Assembly: GCA_001600695.1 (NCBI GenBank)
Contig: BCKQ01000003.1
Coordinates: 353,849-417,848 of the forward strand
DNA from: Ascoidea asiatica JCM 7603
Taxonomy: Eukaryota; Fungi; Ascomycota
Length of the DNA: 64,000 nucleotides
Direction: 5' to 3'
Below, piece after piece: positions 38,002 to 50,612 of this stretch. The first letter of the stretch is position 1, and each line of letters begins with the position of its first letter. The position numbers and the translations under genes were made by a program. The notes below the pieces were generated by a model. It saw only the letters and a program-made list of their open reading frames with translations. It searched no databases and was not told where the DNA came from.

Positions 38002-38571
38002 TTTAATTCTTTATCGTTTTTTTCGTTTTTGTATTTTATCTCTTTATGAAATTGTTGCTGTTGCTTATTTTTGAATAGAAATTGACGTGGCACGTGACGT
38101 TTGTAAGAGAATTTTAAAAAAAAAGATTGAATTTTAAAAAAGATTGAATTTTTCAATTAACGATAAAAAAAAATGCTTTTAAAGAATAAAAAAAAAGTAA
38201 GAAAAAAGTAAGAAAGTGAATTGATATTCAAAAATGAACCAACAGAAATTTGGAAAAGTTTGAAATAAACGAAAAGGTTCCTTTTTCAATACTGAAATGA
38301 AGTGATTGTTATTTTTATATTTGATTACGTAGTGTAGTTTATAAGTGAAACTGATTTTTTTTCAATTTTGAATAGAATGAATGAATCAAAAACTTTGATA
38401 AATAAATTTGAAAGATAAAGATATAAATAAAGTAATAAATAATTAGTTAAATAAATGTAATGTAATGTAAATAAGTAAGTAAATAAGTAAGTAAATAAGA
38501 AAGTAATATATATTAAATTGTCATACTTTAATTTAGTAGTAAAAATTAATAAGGAAATACTATTATATTAA

Positions 38572-39060
38572 TTAAGGAAATAATTCTTCTTTTAAATCAA
38601 TACCTAAATCTTTTTTAATATCTTTTAATTCATCTAAATAAGCTTCATATTGTTCTTTATTTTCAACTTTTACTTTTAAACCTTCAAATACTCTAACAGC
38701 AGTTGCATAATCATTAACTCTTCTACAAGCTAATAAAGCTTTTTCAATAACAGAAGGAGATGGAACTAAATCATATGAAAAACAATTATTTAAAACTCTT
38801 TGAACTTCAAATAAATCATAAGCTTCTTCAAATTCTTTTTCAAATCTAACAGTAAATTCTTCAAAAGTTTCTTCATCATGAGCATCACTATAATTTCTAA
38901 TACCAAAATTTTTATTTAAATTTAATGAATTTTTAAATAATAAATTATTATTATTTAAATTATTTGAAATAATTGGTGATGATGTATTTCTAATATTATT
39001 TGATAATACAACTCTTTTAATAACAGAATTTTTCAAACATTGTCTTAATGGAGAAAACAT
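38572..39060 (-). CDS. COX6: Cytochrome c oxidase subunit VI (Va homolog)
   Basis: Mitochondrial presequence then HDEETFEEF...AYDLFEVQRVLNNCFSYDLVP...RRVND. Confidence 0.97.
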   Translation of the reverse strand: MFSPLRQCLKNSVIKRVVLSNNIRNTSSPIISNNLNNNNLLFKNSLNLNKNFGIRNYSDAHDEETFEEFTVRFEKEFEEAYDLFEVQRVLNNCFSYDLVPSPSVIEKALLACRRVNDYATAVRVFEGLKVKVENKEQYEAYLDELKDIKKDLGIDLKEELFP

Positions 39061-39549
39061 TTTTGATTATAATTATGACTTTATTATATTATATTATATT
39101 ATAGGATTAACGTAAATTAGATTAACAAAAGAATTTTAACTGAGATCTATTTCATAAATATTTCATAAATTTTTCATAAATATTTTATAACTTTTTATAT
39201 TTTCAATCCTTTCATTCATTCATTCATTCATTCACTCATTCAATCTTTGTTCTCAATGGATAAGAAATAAATAATAAATTCAATATCACTCAATCAATCA
39301 ATAATCCAATACAAAACAATGCAATAAACTCAAAGCGTGTGAAAATCAGGCAAATTATGGCAAAGCTTGGAAAATGGCACTCAGAAAACCAGCTGCATGG
39401 AATAGCGAACAGAGAGCTTTCTTAAAGAACAATTAAGAACAAATAAAGAATAGTTAAAGAACAGTCAATTAGTACCATTGATTAGATTCAAAGCCCTTGT
39501 TATTTGCCCAATTTTGAAATTGGTCGGTAGTTTGTTAGTGACTGAAAAT

Positions 39550-39584
39550 GACCGTTAAGAGGACCGTTAAGAGGACCGTTAAGA
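39550..39584. repeat. 12-bp tandem repeat (GACCGTTAAGAG)x3 in the COX6 upstream island
   Basis: Read directly. ATTGG (CCAAT) boxes nearby at ~39658 and ~39691 fit HAP-complex control. Confidence 0.8.
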
Positions 39585-40354
39585 AGAATCCCTTTGATTT
39601 TCAGCTTTTCACCGTTACAAGCAGGAAAAATAAGATGCTTTTTTTTTGCACGCGCTGATTGGCTGGCTGCGAGGAACTGCGTGCTTCCAGATTGGGAAGT
39701 GGTAAGACCACTTTGTAGAAGCCACTGCAAAGGTACTGCATGCTTACAGCGCAGTACTGGTTTTGCATTGCGCTGTCAGCAGGATATTTGATAACCGGAC
39801 AATGGATGTCATTATCCATTTTGGTATATTATCCATGCTGCGGTGAGAATGGATATCAGAAAAGGGTATACGGATTTAATTTAATTTAATTTATTTAATT
39901 TAATTTAATTTACACAAAAATAAAAATAGCTTTAATTAATTGATTTAATTGAGAAGAAACTGTCAGAAATAACCAAAACAAGACAAACAGAAATATAATG
40001 TAACAACAGAACAGGAAATAGTTAAATTTAACAAAAGATTGATATCAAATAGTAGAATAAAATAAGTGAAAAATGTAATTTAAGAAAATAATTGTAACGA
40101 AAGAATGAAAGAGAAGAAAATAGAACGAATGAGTAAAATAGTTAGATAAATAAATAAATGAGGGAATGATTGATAACTTTTTTAATCAAATTAATAACAC
40201 ATTGAAAAATTAAAACTAAAACTGAACATAAAACTAAAATTGAAATGGTAACTAAAATTTAAAACAAACAGACAAAAAATACAAACAAAAAGCAAACAAA
40301 AATTTAATAAAACAAAACAAAACAAAACAAAGCAAAAATTTAATAAAAATCATT

Positions 40355-42478
40355 TTAATATTCATCTTGATCAAGTAAAAAATCTTCATCTTCATCATCA
40401 ATAACTGCAGCTTCATTTGAATTATATGCATATTCATCTGTATATTCAGTTTCTTCTTCAAAATCAACATTAAAAAAATCATCATCTGATCCAGTGATTT
40501 TTTCAAATAAAACTTTAGCTTCAGTAACAACTCCATCATATGAAATTTCACTTGATGGCATTGAATTAAATATAATATCATTCATAATTTTTTCTTCAAT
40601 CTCACTTCTTTTATCTTTATTATTTGTATTTTGTTTATTATTATCTTTAATAGTGTCTTTATTATCTTTAGGATCCTTTGCATCCTTTGCATCCTTTGCA
40701 TCTTTTGTATCTTTTGTATCTAATTTTTTGGAAATTGTTGATTTTTCAAAATTACTTATCATTATATCTTCATCATCATCTAAACCTAATTGTTTATTAA
40801 TTTTTTCTTCATCAATAATATTATTATTAAAATCATTTGAAAAAAATTTTGGATCAACAGATCCAAATGGTGGTATTGAAGTATTTTGTTGAAAAAAAAA
40901 TTTCATTAAATATGTTAATTTTTTTTCTGGTACAAAATTCATTAAACTTGTACCTAATTTAACACTATTATATGTTAAATTATTATTAATATTATCATTT
41001 TCAATAATTTCATTAATATCAAAATTTGTTTCTCTTAATAAACTTTTTTCTAAACATAATAAAGCAGCTTCTAAATCTATTTTTGCTTTATTACCTTTTT
41101 CAATAGTTGTTAAATACCAAACACTTTGACCTTTTGGTACAATTTCTGAACCTTCATTCATAATTATAACTTGAATTGCAAATTTATTTAAAGTTGATAA
41201 TGAATTTTCTGGAAATACAACTACACAACCATTTTCATTTTTTTCCATCCATTCTTTACAATCATTATTAACAATTGTAATTAATCTTGAAATTTCATAT
41301 TTTAAAATTGGTTTAAATTTTTCTAAAAAATTTGGTATTTGAGTTGGAGAAATTATAATTTTTTCATTAATTTTTATTAATGAATCATCAGATAATTTTG
41401 CTAATTTTTTAATTGGATCATAAGCAATTAAACAAGTATTTAATTTATAAGTTGTATTTGCAACAGCAGCTAATCTACAAAATCCTTGAGAAATTTCTCC
41501 AGGACCACCAAATTTTGAAAATAATATTGGAAAATTTCCATAAATTTCAAATGAAATTATATATCTTTTAATTCTTTTTAAAGCATCTAAAGTATTTAAA
41601 TTTGATGTAAAACATAAACCAATTGAAAAAATAATTTCATTAATCTGAGATAAATTTAATTTAAAAATTTCAATTAAAAAAATTTTTATTGATTTTTTTG
41701 AATAATTTTTCCAAATTTTTATATTAATTAAATTTGTATCAAATTCTATAACAAATTTTAAAAATTTCATTAAATTTCTTTTTGTTTTTAAATCTAAATT
41801 ATTATTTAAAAAAATATCTTTTTTTGAATTAATAATTTTTTCAAAATTATCATTTTCAAAAGTATGAAATTGAGAAATTGATTGAAATTCAAAATATTCA
41901 TTAATTTTTAATTTTAAAATTAAAGATAATAAATCACTTTTACAAAATAATAATTTTGGATTTAAATCAATACCATAATTTTTTGAAATTAAATTATTTG
42001 GTCTTGGTATATATAAATTTGAATTTTTAAAATTTTTATAACCAATTGGATTTGAGGAATTATTTGAATTTTGATTTGAAGATTTATTTACTTTTTTACA
42101 CCAATTTTTAATTTGATCAATTGTTAAAGTTGAAGTTGAATCACCATAATAAGGATTTGAATCTATATGTAAAACAGAATTACCAGCCCAAGCTAAAGAA
42201 GCAGCTAAAATACTTTCAACTAAACCAGTACCAATTATTAAAATATCTACATTTTCTGGAGTTGAATCAGGAGGAGGTAATTCTAAAAAAGCTAATGGAG
42301 GAATTATACTATCAAAATTATTAATATTTGGTTTTTTATTTGAAATATTTGAAGGTCTTCTTTCTGCCATTGATGGTCTTCTTTCAGCCATTGAAGGTCT
42401 TCTATTTGTATTTAAATATTTACTATTTGTATTAGTATTGTTATTGTTTTTAATATTTGAATTTTTAAAAGAAGACAT
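40355..42478 (-). CDS. MRS6: Rab escort protein (Rab GGTase component A)
   Basis: RRPSMAERRPS N-terminus, VDILIIGTGLVESILAA.LAW.G..VLHID, GGPGEISQGFCR, EKITGSDDDFF. Confidence 0.95.
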   Translation of the reverse strand: MSSFKNSNIKNNNNTNTNSKYLNTNRRPSMAERRPSMAERRPSNISNKKPNINNFDSIIPPLAFLELPPPDSTPENVDILIIGTGLVESILAASLAWAGNSVLHIDSNPYYGDSTSTLTIDQIKNWCKKVNKSSNQNSNNSSNPIGYKNFKNSNLYIPRPNNLISKNYGIDLNPKLLFCKSDLLSLILKLKINEYFEFQSISQFHTFENDNFEKIINSKKDIFLNNNLDLKTKRNLMKFLKFVIEFDTNLINIKIWKNYSKKSIKIFLIEIFKLNLSQINEIIFSIGLCFTSNLNTLDALKRIKRYIISFEIYGNFPILFSKFGGPGEISQGFCRLAAVANTTYKLNTCLIAYDPIKKLAKLSDDSLIKINEKIIISPTQIPNFLEKFKPILKYEISRLITIVNNDCKEWMEKNENGCVVVFPENSLSTLNKFAIQVIIMNEGSEIVPKGQSVWYLTTIEKGNKAKIDLEAALLCLEKSLLRETNFDINEIIENDNINNNLTYNSVKLGTSLMNFVPEKKLTYLMKFFFQQNTSIPPFGSVDPKFFSNDFNNNIIDEEKINKQLGLDDDEDIMISNFEKSTISKKLDTKDTKDAKDAKDAKDPKDNKDTIKDNNKQNTNNKDKRSEIEEKIMNDIIFNSMPSSEISYDGVVTEAKVLFEKITGSDDDFFNVDFEEETEYTDEYAYNSNEAAVIDDEDEDFLLDQDEY

Positions 42479-43305
42479 AATTAAAATTATATCTTCTTAT
42501 AAATTAATTAATAAATAAAGAAATTTGAATTTAGTTTATATGAATAATTTATAATAATGATATATAAACATTAATTATATTACTATATTGTATATAATAT
42601 GAATAAATTCGAAATTTGAAATTGAAATTTAGTAATGAAGTGATATAATTTGAAATAAGACAAATTGAATAAATAACTGATTTGATTCGATGTATTATAT
42701 TATATTGTTTTATAATATATTATTTAGATAAGGGATTGAAACTAAATTGGTAATGTGATATAATTGTAATTGTAAGTACTAATAGTACCTATAGGGTTAC
42801 TATTTATATTATTATTAAGTGATAGGAGTAAAAGTGATTAAGCTATTAGAGATGGTTTATATTGATTGAATGGTGTTTGAATAGAATATTATTAGATATA
42901 TTATATTATTACTTCATGTTATAATATATATATTATATTATATTACTTACAGCTTATTGATTATTTCTGACTGATTCAATATTTACTTGAATTTAAACCT
43001 TTATTTTTAACGCTGACCACCAGAAGTAAAGCCACAGAGGTGTGACTGGTTCCAAAAGAGATCAGTACTAGCCTTAATGAGGTAAGTGTAATATTTACAA
43101 GCCATTCACAAGCCATGTGATGATAAATGTGGCTAAGCTGATGGCATGTCACGTGTATATAAATAAAACTACCTTAAATATGGTCTTTACTATATCACAT
43201 GATACATAAGAGACCGTTTATATGGTATTTCTAATTATTATTTTTTATTATATTTCTGTTAACGTTACATAAAGAATATAAGAATATAAGAAGAGAAGCT
43301 ATTTA

Positions 43306-44271
43306 TCACTCAAGAAATGGTTTGAAAGCAGAAATGAAGAATTCTTTTGCATCATTTTCAATAACATTACCATGACAAGGAACAATTTTAATAAAATCCC
43401 AATTTTTTAAAAGTAAATTAATTATAATTTTATTTTCTTTATTATTAATTTCAAAAAATTTATTAATTAAAATTTTAAAAAAAATTGATCTTGGATTTAA
43501 AAATCTAGTTAAATAACTTTTACCAATATTTGGATTAAATTTTAAATTTATATCACTTTTTGTAGAAATTTTATCAAAAATAAAATAATTTTTTTTATCA
43601 TTTTGATATTTTAATTTTAAAAAATTTGATAAATTATATAAATATTGTTCATTATAATTTTCATTTGTATTAATATTTAAAATTGTATCTGCAGTAAATA
43701 AAGTTTTTGAAATTTTATCAAATAATAAAATTTCTTCATTTTTATGATTTTTTAAATAAATTAAACTTATATTACTTGAAATATCTTTATCATAAATTCC
43801 AATTTTATTTAATTCAATTTTATTTAAAATTTTATTACTATCATTTTCAAAATCTAATAATATATCATTTTTAAATTCTTCTTGATTAATAATATTCAAT
43901 TTTTTATATAAATTTTTAGTACTTAAATTTTTAAAAATATTATTATTTAAATTTAATTTCTCTTTTAAATTCATTTTTAAACTTAAATTATGTTCATTAT
44001 TTGGAATAATATTTAAAATAATTTCATTTGAAGGATCTTTAATACCTGCAAGTTCCATGATTTTTTTAAATTCTTTACCATATGGTATACATGACCATAA
44101 TATAAACTTATTTTCAATTTTAATATTAATATCTGTATTTGGAATCTTAATTATTGACATTCTTGATCCAAAATTTAATGCATTAAATGTTTTAAATGGT
44201 GCTGAATGAATTGTAACATTTTCACTTAATCTTCTTGTGATTCCTCCAAGATCCTCTGGATATACTCCCAT
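43306..44271 (-). CDS. DUF4336-like / metallo-beta-lactamase-fold protein, copy 1
   Basis: HSAPF...NFGSRMSII, IIPN.EH, H.NEEILLFD...KTLFTAD, WDF.KIVPCHGNVIE; clear paralog of 61489-62415. Confidence 0.7.
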   Translation of the reverse strand: MGVYPEDLGGITRRLSENVTIHSAPFKTFNALNFGSRMSIIKIPNTDINIKIENKFILWSCIPYGKEFKKIMELAGIKDPSNEIILNIIPNNEHNLSLKMNLKEKLNLNNNIFKNLSTKNLYKKLNIINQEEFKNDILLDFENDSNKILNKIELNKIGIYDKDISSNISLIYLKNHKNEEILLFDKISKTLFTADTILNINTNENYNEQYLYNLSNFLKLKYQNDKKNYFIFDKISTKSDINLKFNPNIGKSYLTRFLNPRSIFFKILINKFFEINNKENKIIINLLLKNWDFIKIVPCHGNVIENDAKEFFISAFKPFLE

Positions 44272-44562
44272 TATGAAACTATATCTCTAATTGTATCTCT
44301 AATACTATCTCTAATACTATGTCTAATATTATCTCTAATACTAGCTTCAATTGATTATCTTCAATTGATTATCTTCAATTGACTGAATCAAATAAACCTA
44401 CTTTAGATAACACTCCTTCTTCTTCTTTTGTTTCTTCTTCTTCTTTTATTGATACTTTTATCATTTCTGTTTCTGACATTTCAAAAGCCGCAAATCTGGT
44501 CTTGTTGAAAACCTTATTTACCCTCGGATTACTCAAATACCCTCGAATATCACAATGTTACC

Positions 44563-44573
44563 GGTTCGATTCC
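44563..44573 (+). promoter_or_regulatory. Isolated Pol III B-box (GGTTCGATTCC), candidate ETC-like TFIIIC site
   Basis: Perfect GGTTCGANYCC match between divergent genes; no tRNA cloverleaf found; T7 run follows. Confidence 0.4.
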
Positions 44574-44937
44574 GCTAAAAGTTTTTTTATCATTTTTTAT
44601 TTTCTTTTCTTTTATTTTCTTTTATTTTATTTTCTTTTGAACAGAGCATCAACAACAAAACGAATACAAATAAAGGCATTAGATTAGATTAGATTAGATT
44701 GTATTGTATTGTATTGTATTATACAGTATATATCATATCAAATTATATATTAGATTATTATATATTAGATTATAATATACCTAGTCATAAAGAAATAAAG
44801 CTATAAAGTGATAAAGATATAAAGAGATAACTCCATAGAATCCAATCCAATTCAATTCAATTCAATACAATACAATACAATTTTATTAGATATTTCCTTA
44901 AATTGATAGAATAAAGAATGACAACAATAATAACAAG

Positions 44938-46857
44938 ATGCTTAAGATAAAATTAAATTCTCAAAATATTATTGAAAGTTTTTTAATAACTTCATTAATA
45001 ATCTCAAGATTATCTTCTGCAATTTATATTTCAATTCAAGATTGTGATGAAGTTTATAATTATTGGGATCCATTAAATTTCTTATTAAGAGGTTTTGGTA
45101 AACAAACTTGGGAATATTCTCCAGAATATTCAATAAGATCTTGGTCTTTTTTATTACCTTTAACTTTAATAAAATACTTAAATTTTATATTAATTAAATA
45201 TAATTTACCTTATTATTTTAATTTTTATTTCATTAGAATCTTCATTTCTATATTCTCAATAATTTCTGAATTAAATTTATATTTCTCACTTAAAAAAAAT
45301 TTTAATCAAAATTTAAAATTCTCAAAATGGTTCTTATTCATAAATTTAATATCTCCAGCATTTTCTCATTCTTCAGTTTCTTTATTACCTTCTTCATTTT
45401 CAATGATTTGTAATAATTTTGCAATATCTTCATTTATAAAATTTATTAAAATTTCAAATATTAATTTTAAAAAAACTTTAAATTCAATTTTAATTGTATT
45501 TTGGTTCTCAATTGGTGGTTTAATTGGTTGGCCATTTTCATTAATTTTATTTTTACCATTTGGATTTTATATAATTTATGATTTTATAAAATTTAATAAT
45601 TTAAATAATTTAATAATTTTCTTTTATTCTTCTTCAATAATTTTTTCATTAATTATATTATTTGTAAAATCAATTGATTCAAAATTTTATTCAAATTTTA
45701 CTTTAGTTCCTATTAATATTCTTTTATATAATGTTTTTAATACTTCAAATGAAACTGGTCCAAATATTTTTGGTGTTGAAAAATTATCTTATTATTTTTT
45801 AAATTTATTCTTAAATTTTAATTCAATTATTATCTTATCTTTTATTTCTTTAATATTATCTCCATTAATAATTTCAAAAAATAAAAAAATTTTAAATTTA
45901 AATTCTATTCAATTTCTTACTTTATTTTCTCCTTTAATTTTATGGTATTTAATTTTTTTCTCTCAACCTCATAAAGAAGAAAGATTTTTATATCCAATTT
46001 ATCCATGGATCTCATTATCTGCTTCAATTTTTATTGATTTAATTTTTCAATTATATGAAAATAATATTATTTATATATTATTAGATCTTTATAATAAAAA
46101 TGAAATTAAAAAAGAAAAAAAAATTCAAAATGAAAAAAAAATTTATGAAATTAATCAAAAAAATAAAAATCATATTGAAAATAATAAAATTATTAATAAA
46201 ATTTTAATTATAAAAAATTTATTAAGAAATTCATTAACTTTAAGTTTATCTATAGTTATAATAATTCCATCAATTTTAAGAATTTTATCTTTATATAATA
46301 ATTATTCTGCACCTATTCAACTTTATTCAAAATTACCTGAAAATACAAAAGGTAATGTTTGTGTTGGTAGAGAATGGTATAGATTTCCTTCAAGTTTTTT
46401 TTTACCAAAAGATACAAGATTAAGATTTGTTGAATCTGGTTTTAGAGGTTTATTACCTGGTGATTTTAATGAAGAATTTACAACAATTGAATCAATTTCT
46501 TTAATACCAAAAAATATGAATAATAAAAATATTTATGATGAAAGTAAAGTTATAGATTTTAAAAATTGTGATTATTTTATTGATATAAATACAAAAGTTG
46601 ATAAAAAAATGGGTGAAAAACAAATGATAAAATATGGTGATAATGAAAATACATTAATTGCAAGAAATGGTTGGAATTTTATAGGATGTTATAATTTCAT
46701 TGATCCAACAAGTAATATTATTACAAGAGTATTTTATTTACCAAAATTTATTGAAAATTTTATTGGTATAAAAACTAAAACCTATCCATATTGTTTATTA
46801 AAAAGAATTGATAAAGAACCTGATTTTGAATATGAAAATGAATTTCCAATAGATTAA
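44938..46857 (+). CDS. ALG9: Alpha-1,2-mannosyltransferase (GT22)
   Basis: IQDCDEVYNYW.PL...GFGKQTWEYSPEYSIRSW; QPHKEERFLYP; NVCVGREWYRFPSSFFLP. Confidence 0.96.
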   Translation: MLKIKLNSQNIIESFLITSLIISRLSSAIYISIQDCDEVYNYWDPLNFLLRGFGKQTWEYSPEYSIRSWSFLLPLTLIKYLNFILIKYNLPYYFNFYFIRIFISIFSIISELNLYFSLKKNFNQNLKFSKWFLFINLISPAFSHSSVSLLPSSFSMICNNFAISSFIKFIKISNINFKKTLNSILIVFWFSIGGLIGWPFSLILFLPFGFYIIYDFIKFNNLNNLIIFFYSSSIIFSLIILFVKSIDSKFYSNFTLVPINILLYNVFNTSNETGPNIFGVEKLSYYFLNLFLNFNSIIILSFISLILSPLIISKNKKILNLNSIQFLTLFSPLILWYLIFFSQPHKEERFLYPIYPWISLSASIFIDLIFQLYENNIIYILLDLYNKNEIKKEKKIQNEKKIYEINQKNKNHIENNKIINKILIIKNLLRNSLTLSLSIVIIIPSILRILSLYNNYSAPIQLYSKLPENTKGNVCVGREWYRFPSSFFLPKDTRLRFVESGFRGLLPGDFNEEFTTIESISLIPKNMNNKNIYDESKVIDFKNCDYFIDINTKVDKKMGEKQMIKYGDNENTLIARNGWNFIGCYNFIDPTSNIITRVFYLPKFIENFIGIKTKTYPYCLLKRIDKEPDFEYENEFPID

Positions 46858-47127
46858 GAATGAATTTATTCAAAATTTATTAAGTTTTTATGTATGTATT
46901 ACTAAATATTTATATATATATATTTATATATAATTAAATAAATAAATGAATAATTAAATAGATAAGTAAATAAAGAAAATATTAAATAAAGGCAATTGTT
47001 GTATATGAGAATAAAAATGAGAGTAAAAAATATATAAAAAATAAAGATAATAAATAATAAGGAATGATATAAAAATATGAAAAAATATTAGAGTTGAAAG
47101 AAAGAAAAAAAAAAACAATTAATTAAA

Positions 47128-47766
47128 TTAACAAGCACAATTATCAGAATTTGAATCAGCATTATTATTTAAATCAATTCTATCATTATTTAAATTATTT
47201 GGATTAATATTTTGTTGATTTAATTGATTTGGATCAGGTATTTTATTACCAATAGCTAAAAATACATCATTTACATTAAGACCAGTTTTTGCACTTGTTT
47301 CAAAAAATAATAAATTTTCTTCATTTGCTAAATTTTTACCTTCATCAATTGAAATTTTTCTTTCATTTTCATTACCATTTAAAGTTAAATCTAATTTATT
47401 TGCAACTAAAGCAATTATAATATTTTTTGAAGCTTGATCATGTAATTCTTTAACCCAATGTCTTGCTTTTATAAAACTTTGTGGTTTTGTAATATCATAA
47501 ACAACTAAAGCACATTGAGCATTTCTATAATACATTGGAGCTAATGATGCAAATCTTTCTTGACCTGCAGTATCCCAAATTTCAAATTTTATTGTTCTAT
47601 CATTTATTTGACATCTTTGAGTTAAAAATGCTGCACCTATAGTTGGTTCTTTATTTTCTTGAAAATCATTTGAAACAAATCTTAAAACTAAAGAAGATTT
47701 ACCAACTGCAGCTTCTCCTAATAAAACTAATTTTACTGAAGTTGTTGAAGTTCTAGGAGTTGCCAT
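47128..47766 (-). CDS. VPS21: Rab5-family GTPase
   Basis: [58 protein letters not shown], CxC C-terminus. Confidence 0.93.
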   Translation of the reverse strand: MATPRTSTTSVKLVLLGEAAVGKSSLVLRFVSNDFQENKEPTIGAAFLTQRCQINDRTIKFEIWDTAGQERFASLAPMYYRNAQCALVVYDITKPQSFIKARHWVKELHDQASKNIIIALVANKLDLTLNGNENERKISIDEGKNLANEENLLFFETSAKTGLNVNDVFLAIGNKIPDPNQLNQQNINPNNLNNDRIDLNNNADSNSDNCAC

Positions 47767-49044
47767 ATTTTATTCTTCTTTACTTTACTTTTTTATGATT
47801 ATTCTTTATATTTTATTAAACAAATTTGATAAATTGATAAAATAAGGTAATTTTTTAATACTATATTATAATAACAAGATAATAACAAGCAAACTGAGAT
47901 TTGATAAGAATATTCGAATAGAAGTAATTTATCTATTATAAGATCTCAATTAAGTTCTAACCAGAGATATATTTCGTTATATGATTCGATATGTCTTAAT
48001 ATACATTCGATATATATTGAATACTTATTGATTTCTTTATTTATTTTGTTTATTATTATTTATTATATTATTTATACATTTGATTATTACAAATGTTTAT
48101 CGTCAGTTCAAAAGTTTCCGGTACGTATCAATGATTCAAATTTAACCTTTTTATCTGTCCACTGCAAACAAACGAAGAAAATAAGAGATAAAGGCTTATG
48201 GAGCAGGCAGGTGACTGGAACGAGACCACTTGTCCGGAACTTTTTTTTTTTATTTTTAGTCAGGTGCCTTTACAAATCCATATTTGTGTCACTTTTAAAT
48301 CATGTGATATTTACAAGACCATTTATCTGGGTGTTTTATTTTGAACAGGTGACATGCGTGAAACCAATTTATTGGATGTAATTATTATGTGACTGGGTTG
48401 AGACCGTGGTAACGGAAGAAACCAGCTTTGTGGTTTTTGTCATTTTACTGTATAAAAATATATTTATTTTCTGTGATATAGAAACTAGACCTAAAAAATA
48501 TACTGAAATCATATGAGTTTAAATTTAAACAATTTTAATATTATTATTATTACTATTATTATTATCTTATTATGTTATTATTATTATGTGTTGAGTAGAA
48601 GATGACAAAAAGAAATCAATAAAAACAATCAGGGGATGAATACTGGAACTACCAAGGAATGTTCATCTAGTTTCTAACAAATATTCCTTTAAAAAAACTC
48701 TGATAAAAAAGTGGTGATTATAATAAAAAGTATTTGACAACAAAAAAAGTAAAAGAAATTATAAAAATATTGATAAAATTAACAATTAAAATATAAATAG
48801 TATTGGTATAATAAAAGAAAATAACAAAAATCGATAATAAAAAAATCTGATATAAAAAACTTAAGAAAACTAACAAACTAACATATGAATCAAACCAAAA
48901 AAGTTACCTTGTAATTGCAAATCTGCTTATTTAAAATAAAAGGATAAGTTAATATAGAAAAACATGTGAGAAAAACTTTGAAAAAAAATGACAATATAAA
49001 GCTGAATATTTGAAAAAAAAAAAAAAAGTAAAAAAGCATATAGA

Positions 49045-50534
49045 TTAAATAAATAAATGTAAAATACTACCATCTTTGATTTTATAATCTGATAAAGTTT
49101 TATGATTTTCTAATGTTTGACCATTGAAACTTAAATTCTGTTTATAAATTGGTATACCTTCTTCATCTTGAATCTTATATTTGAAAAAATAAACTGTTAA
49201 ATGTGTTGTTTCTAAACTAAATGCAATTGATTTTGATAAAATTTTAACTTTAATTATTTTTTCATTACCATCAGATTCTGATTCTGAACTTTCATTTAAA
49301 TTACTATTACTACTTTCACTACTATTAGAAGTATTATTATTACTAATAGAATTATTATTGCTTGAAGAATTTAATGAATCTATTATCTTTTCTTTTGATT
49401 CGATATTTTTTGCTTCTACAGTTTTTGAATCTTTGTTATTCAAAACACTCTCCTTTTTTTCTTCTTTAGTTTCTTTTAAATGTTTTTCATGAATTTTAAG
49501 TGAATCTGTTGAGATTGAGATATTCTTAGGTAATGGAGGTGCATTTTTTAGAATAGTACTATTTTCATGTTCTTTGATTCTAATACTTTTTGCAATTGAA
49601 TATGAAGAATCTGATCTTAATAATTTGGTATTTTGTGGTTCAAAATTAAATGTACCTGAAATTAATTGTTCAAAAACTTTATCTGGATTATATTTAATTG
49701 ATTTTTTCTTATTCAAATTATTTATTCCACTGATTTTTCTACTAGAATTAGAATTAGAATTTGAATTTTTATAAAGATTTCTATTCAATTTATTCAATTT
49801 TTTATTATTATAATAATTATAATAATGTTTTCTATAATCATTGAAATTATGAATTATTTCTTTATCTATATCTATATTATTCTCTTTTTCTTTTTCTTTA
49901 TCCTCTGCAATAGTTCCAATTCTTTTAGAAACATTTATACCTGAAACTGGTGATTCAACTAACGTTGATAAATCTTCTTTCGAAGAAGTATTAGAACTTT
50001 CATTTGAGTTTGCCAAACTCTTATCTTTAATATCATTATTTGCTACTGATTGTGATTGAGATTGGGATTGTAATTGAGATTGAGAAGAAGAAACTTGTTG
50101 ATTAATTGAAGATTCTGTTTCAAATGTAAAATTATTTTGATTCTTAGATTTTGTAATATCTGATTCACTCAAAAATTTTTTATGTTGTTGAATACTATTC
50201 AATTGATTTGTATTGGATAAATTGTCATTTATATCACTATTATCATTTTCAATAGTTTTATCATTTTTAGCATTTCTAGAGATTAAAATTGCATCTAATG
50301 AATTATTAATATTATTAGCATTGATATTAATACTACTATTATTATTATTGTTATTGAATTTATATAATTCAGGATCTGATTTTGAAGATGAAATTGAAAT
50401 ATATAATGATGGGTCCAAAGTTTTTGGTAATGGATTATTTAAATGATCTAATTTATAATTAGTATCATCTTTTGAGATTGTTATTTTTCTTTGTAAACGA
50501 TTATCATCATTATCATCATTGTTTTTATCAATTA

Positions 50535-50612
<78 letters not shown>

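Noticed and set aside
42350-42405. RRPSMAE repeats in Mrs6
   Set aside because: S. cerevisiae Mrs6 already has this repeated PKA-type motif; one extra copy is unremarkable in this repeat-prone genome.
14038-43090. AGGTAAGTGTA at ~14039 and ~43080 (reverse ACTTACCT resembles the U1 snRNA 5' end)
   Set aside because: No U1-70K loop (GAUCA.GAAG) or U1 stem structure follows either copy.
44490-44590. tRNA gene around GGTTCGATTCC
   Set aside because: T-stem has a mismatch, and no acceptor, D or anticodon stems could be built.
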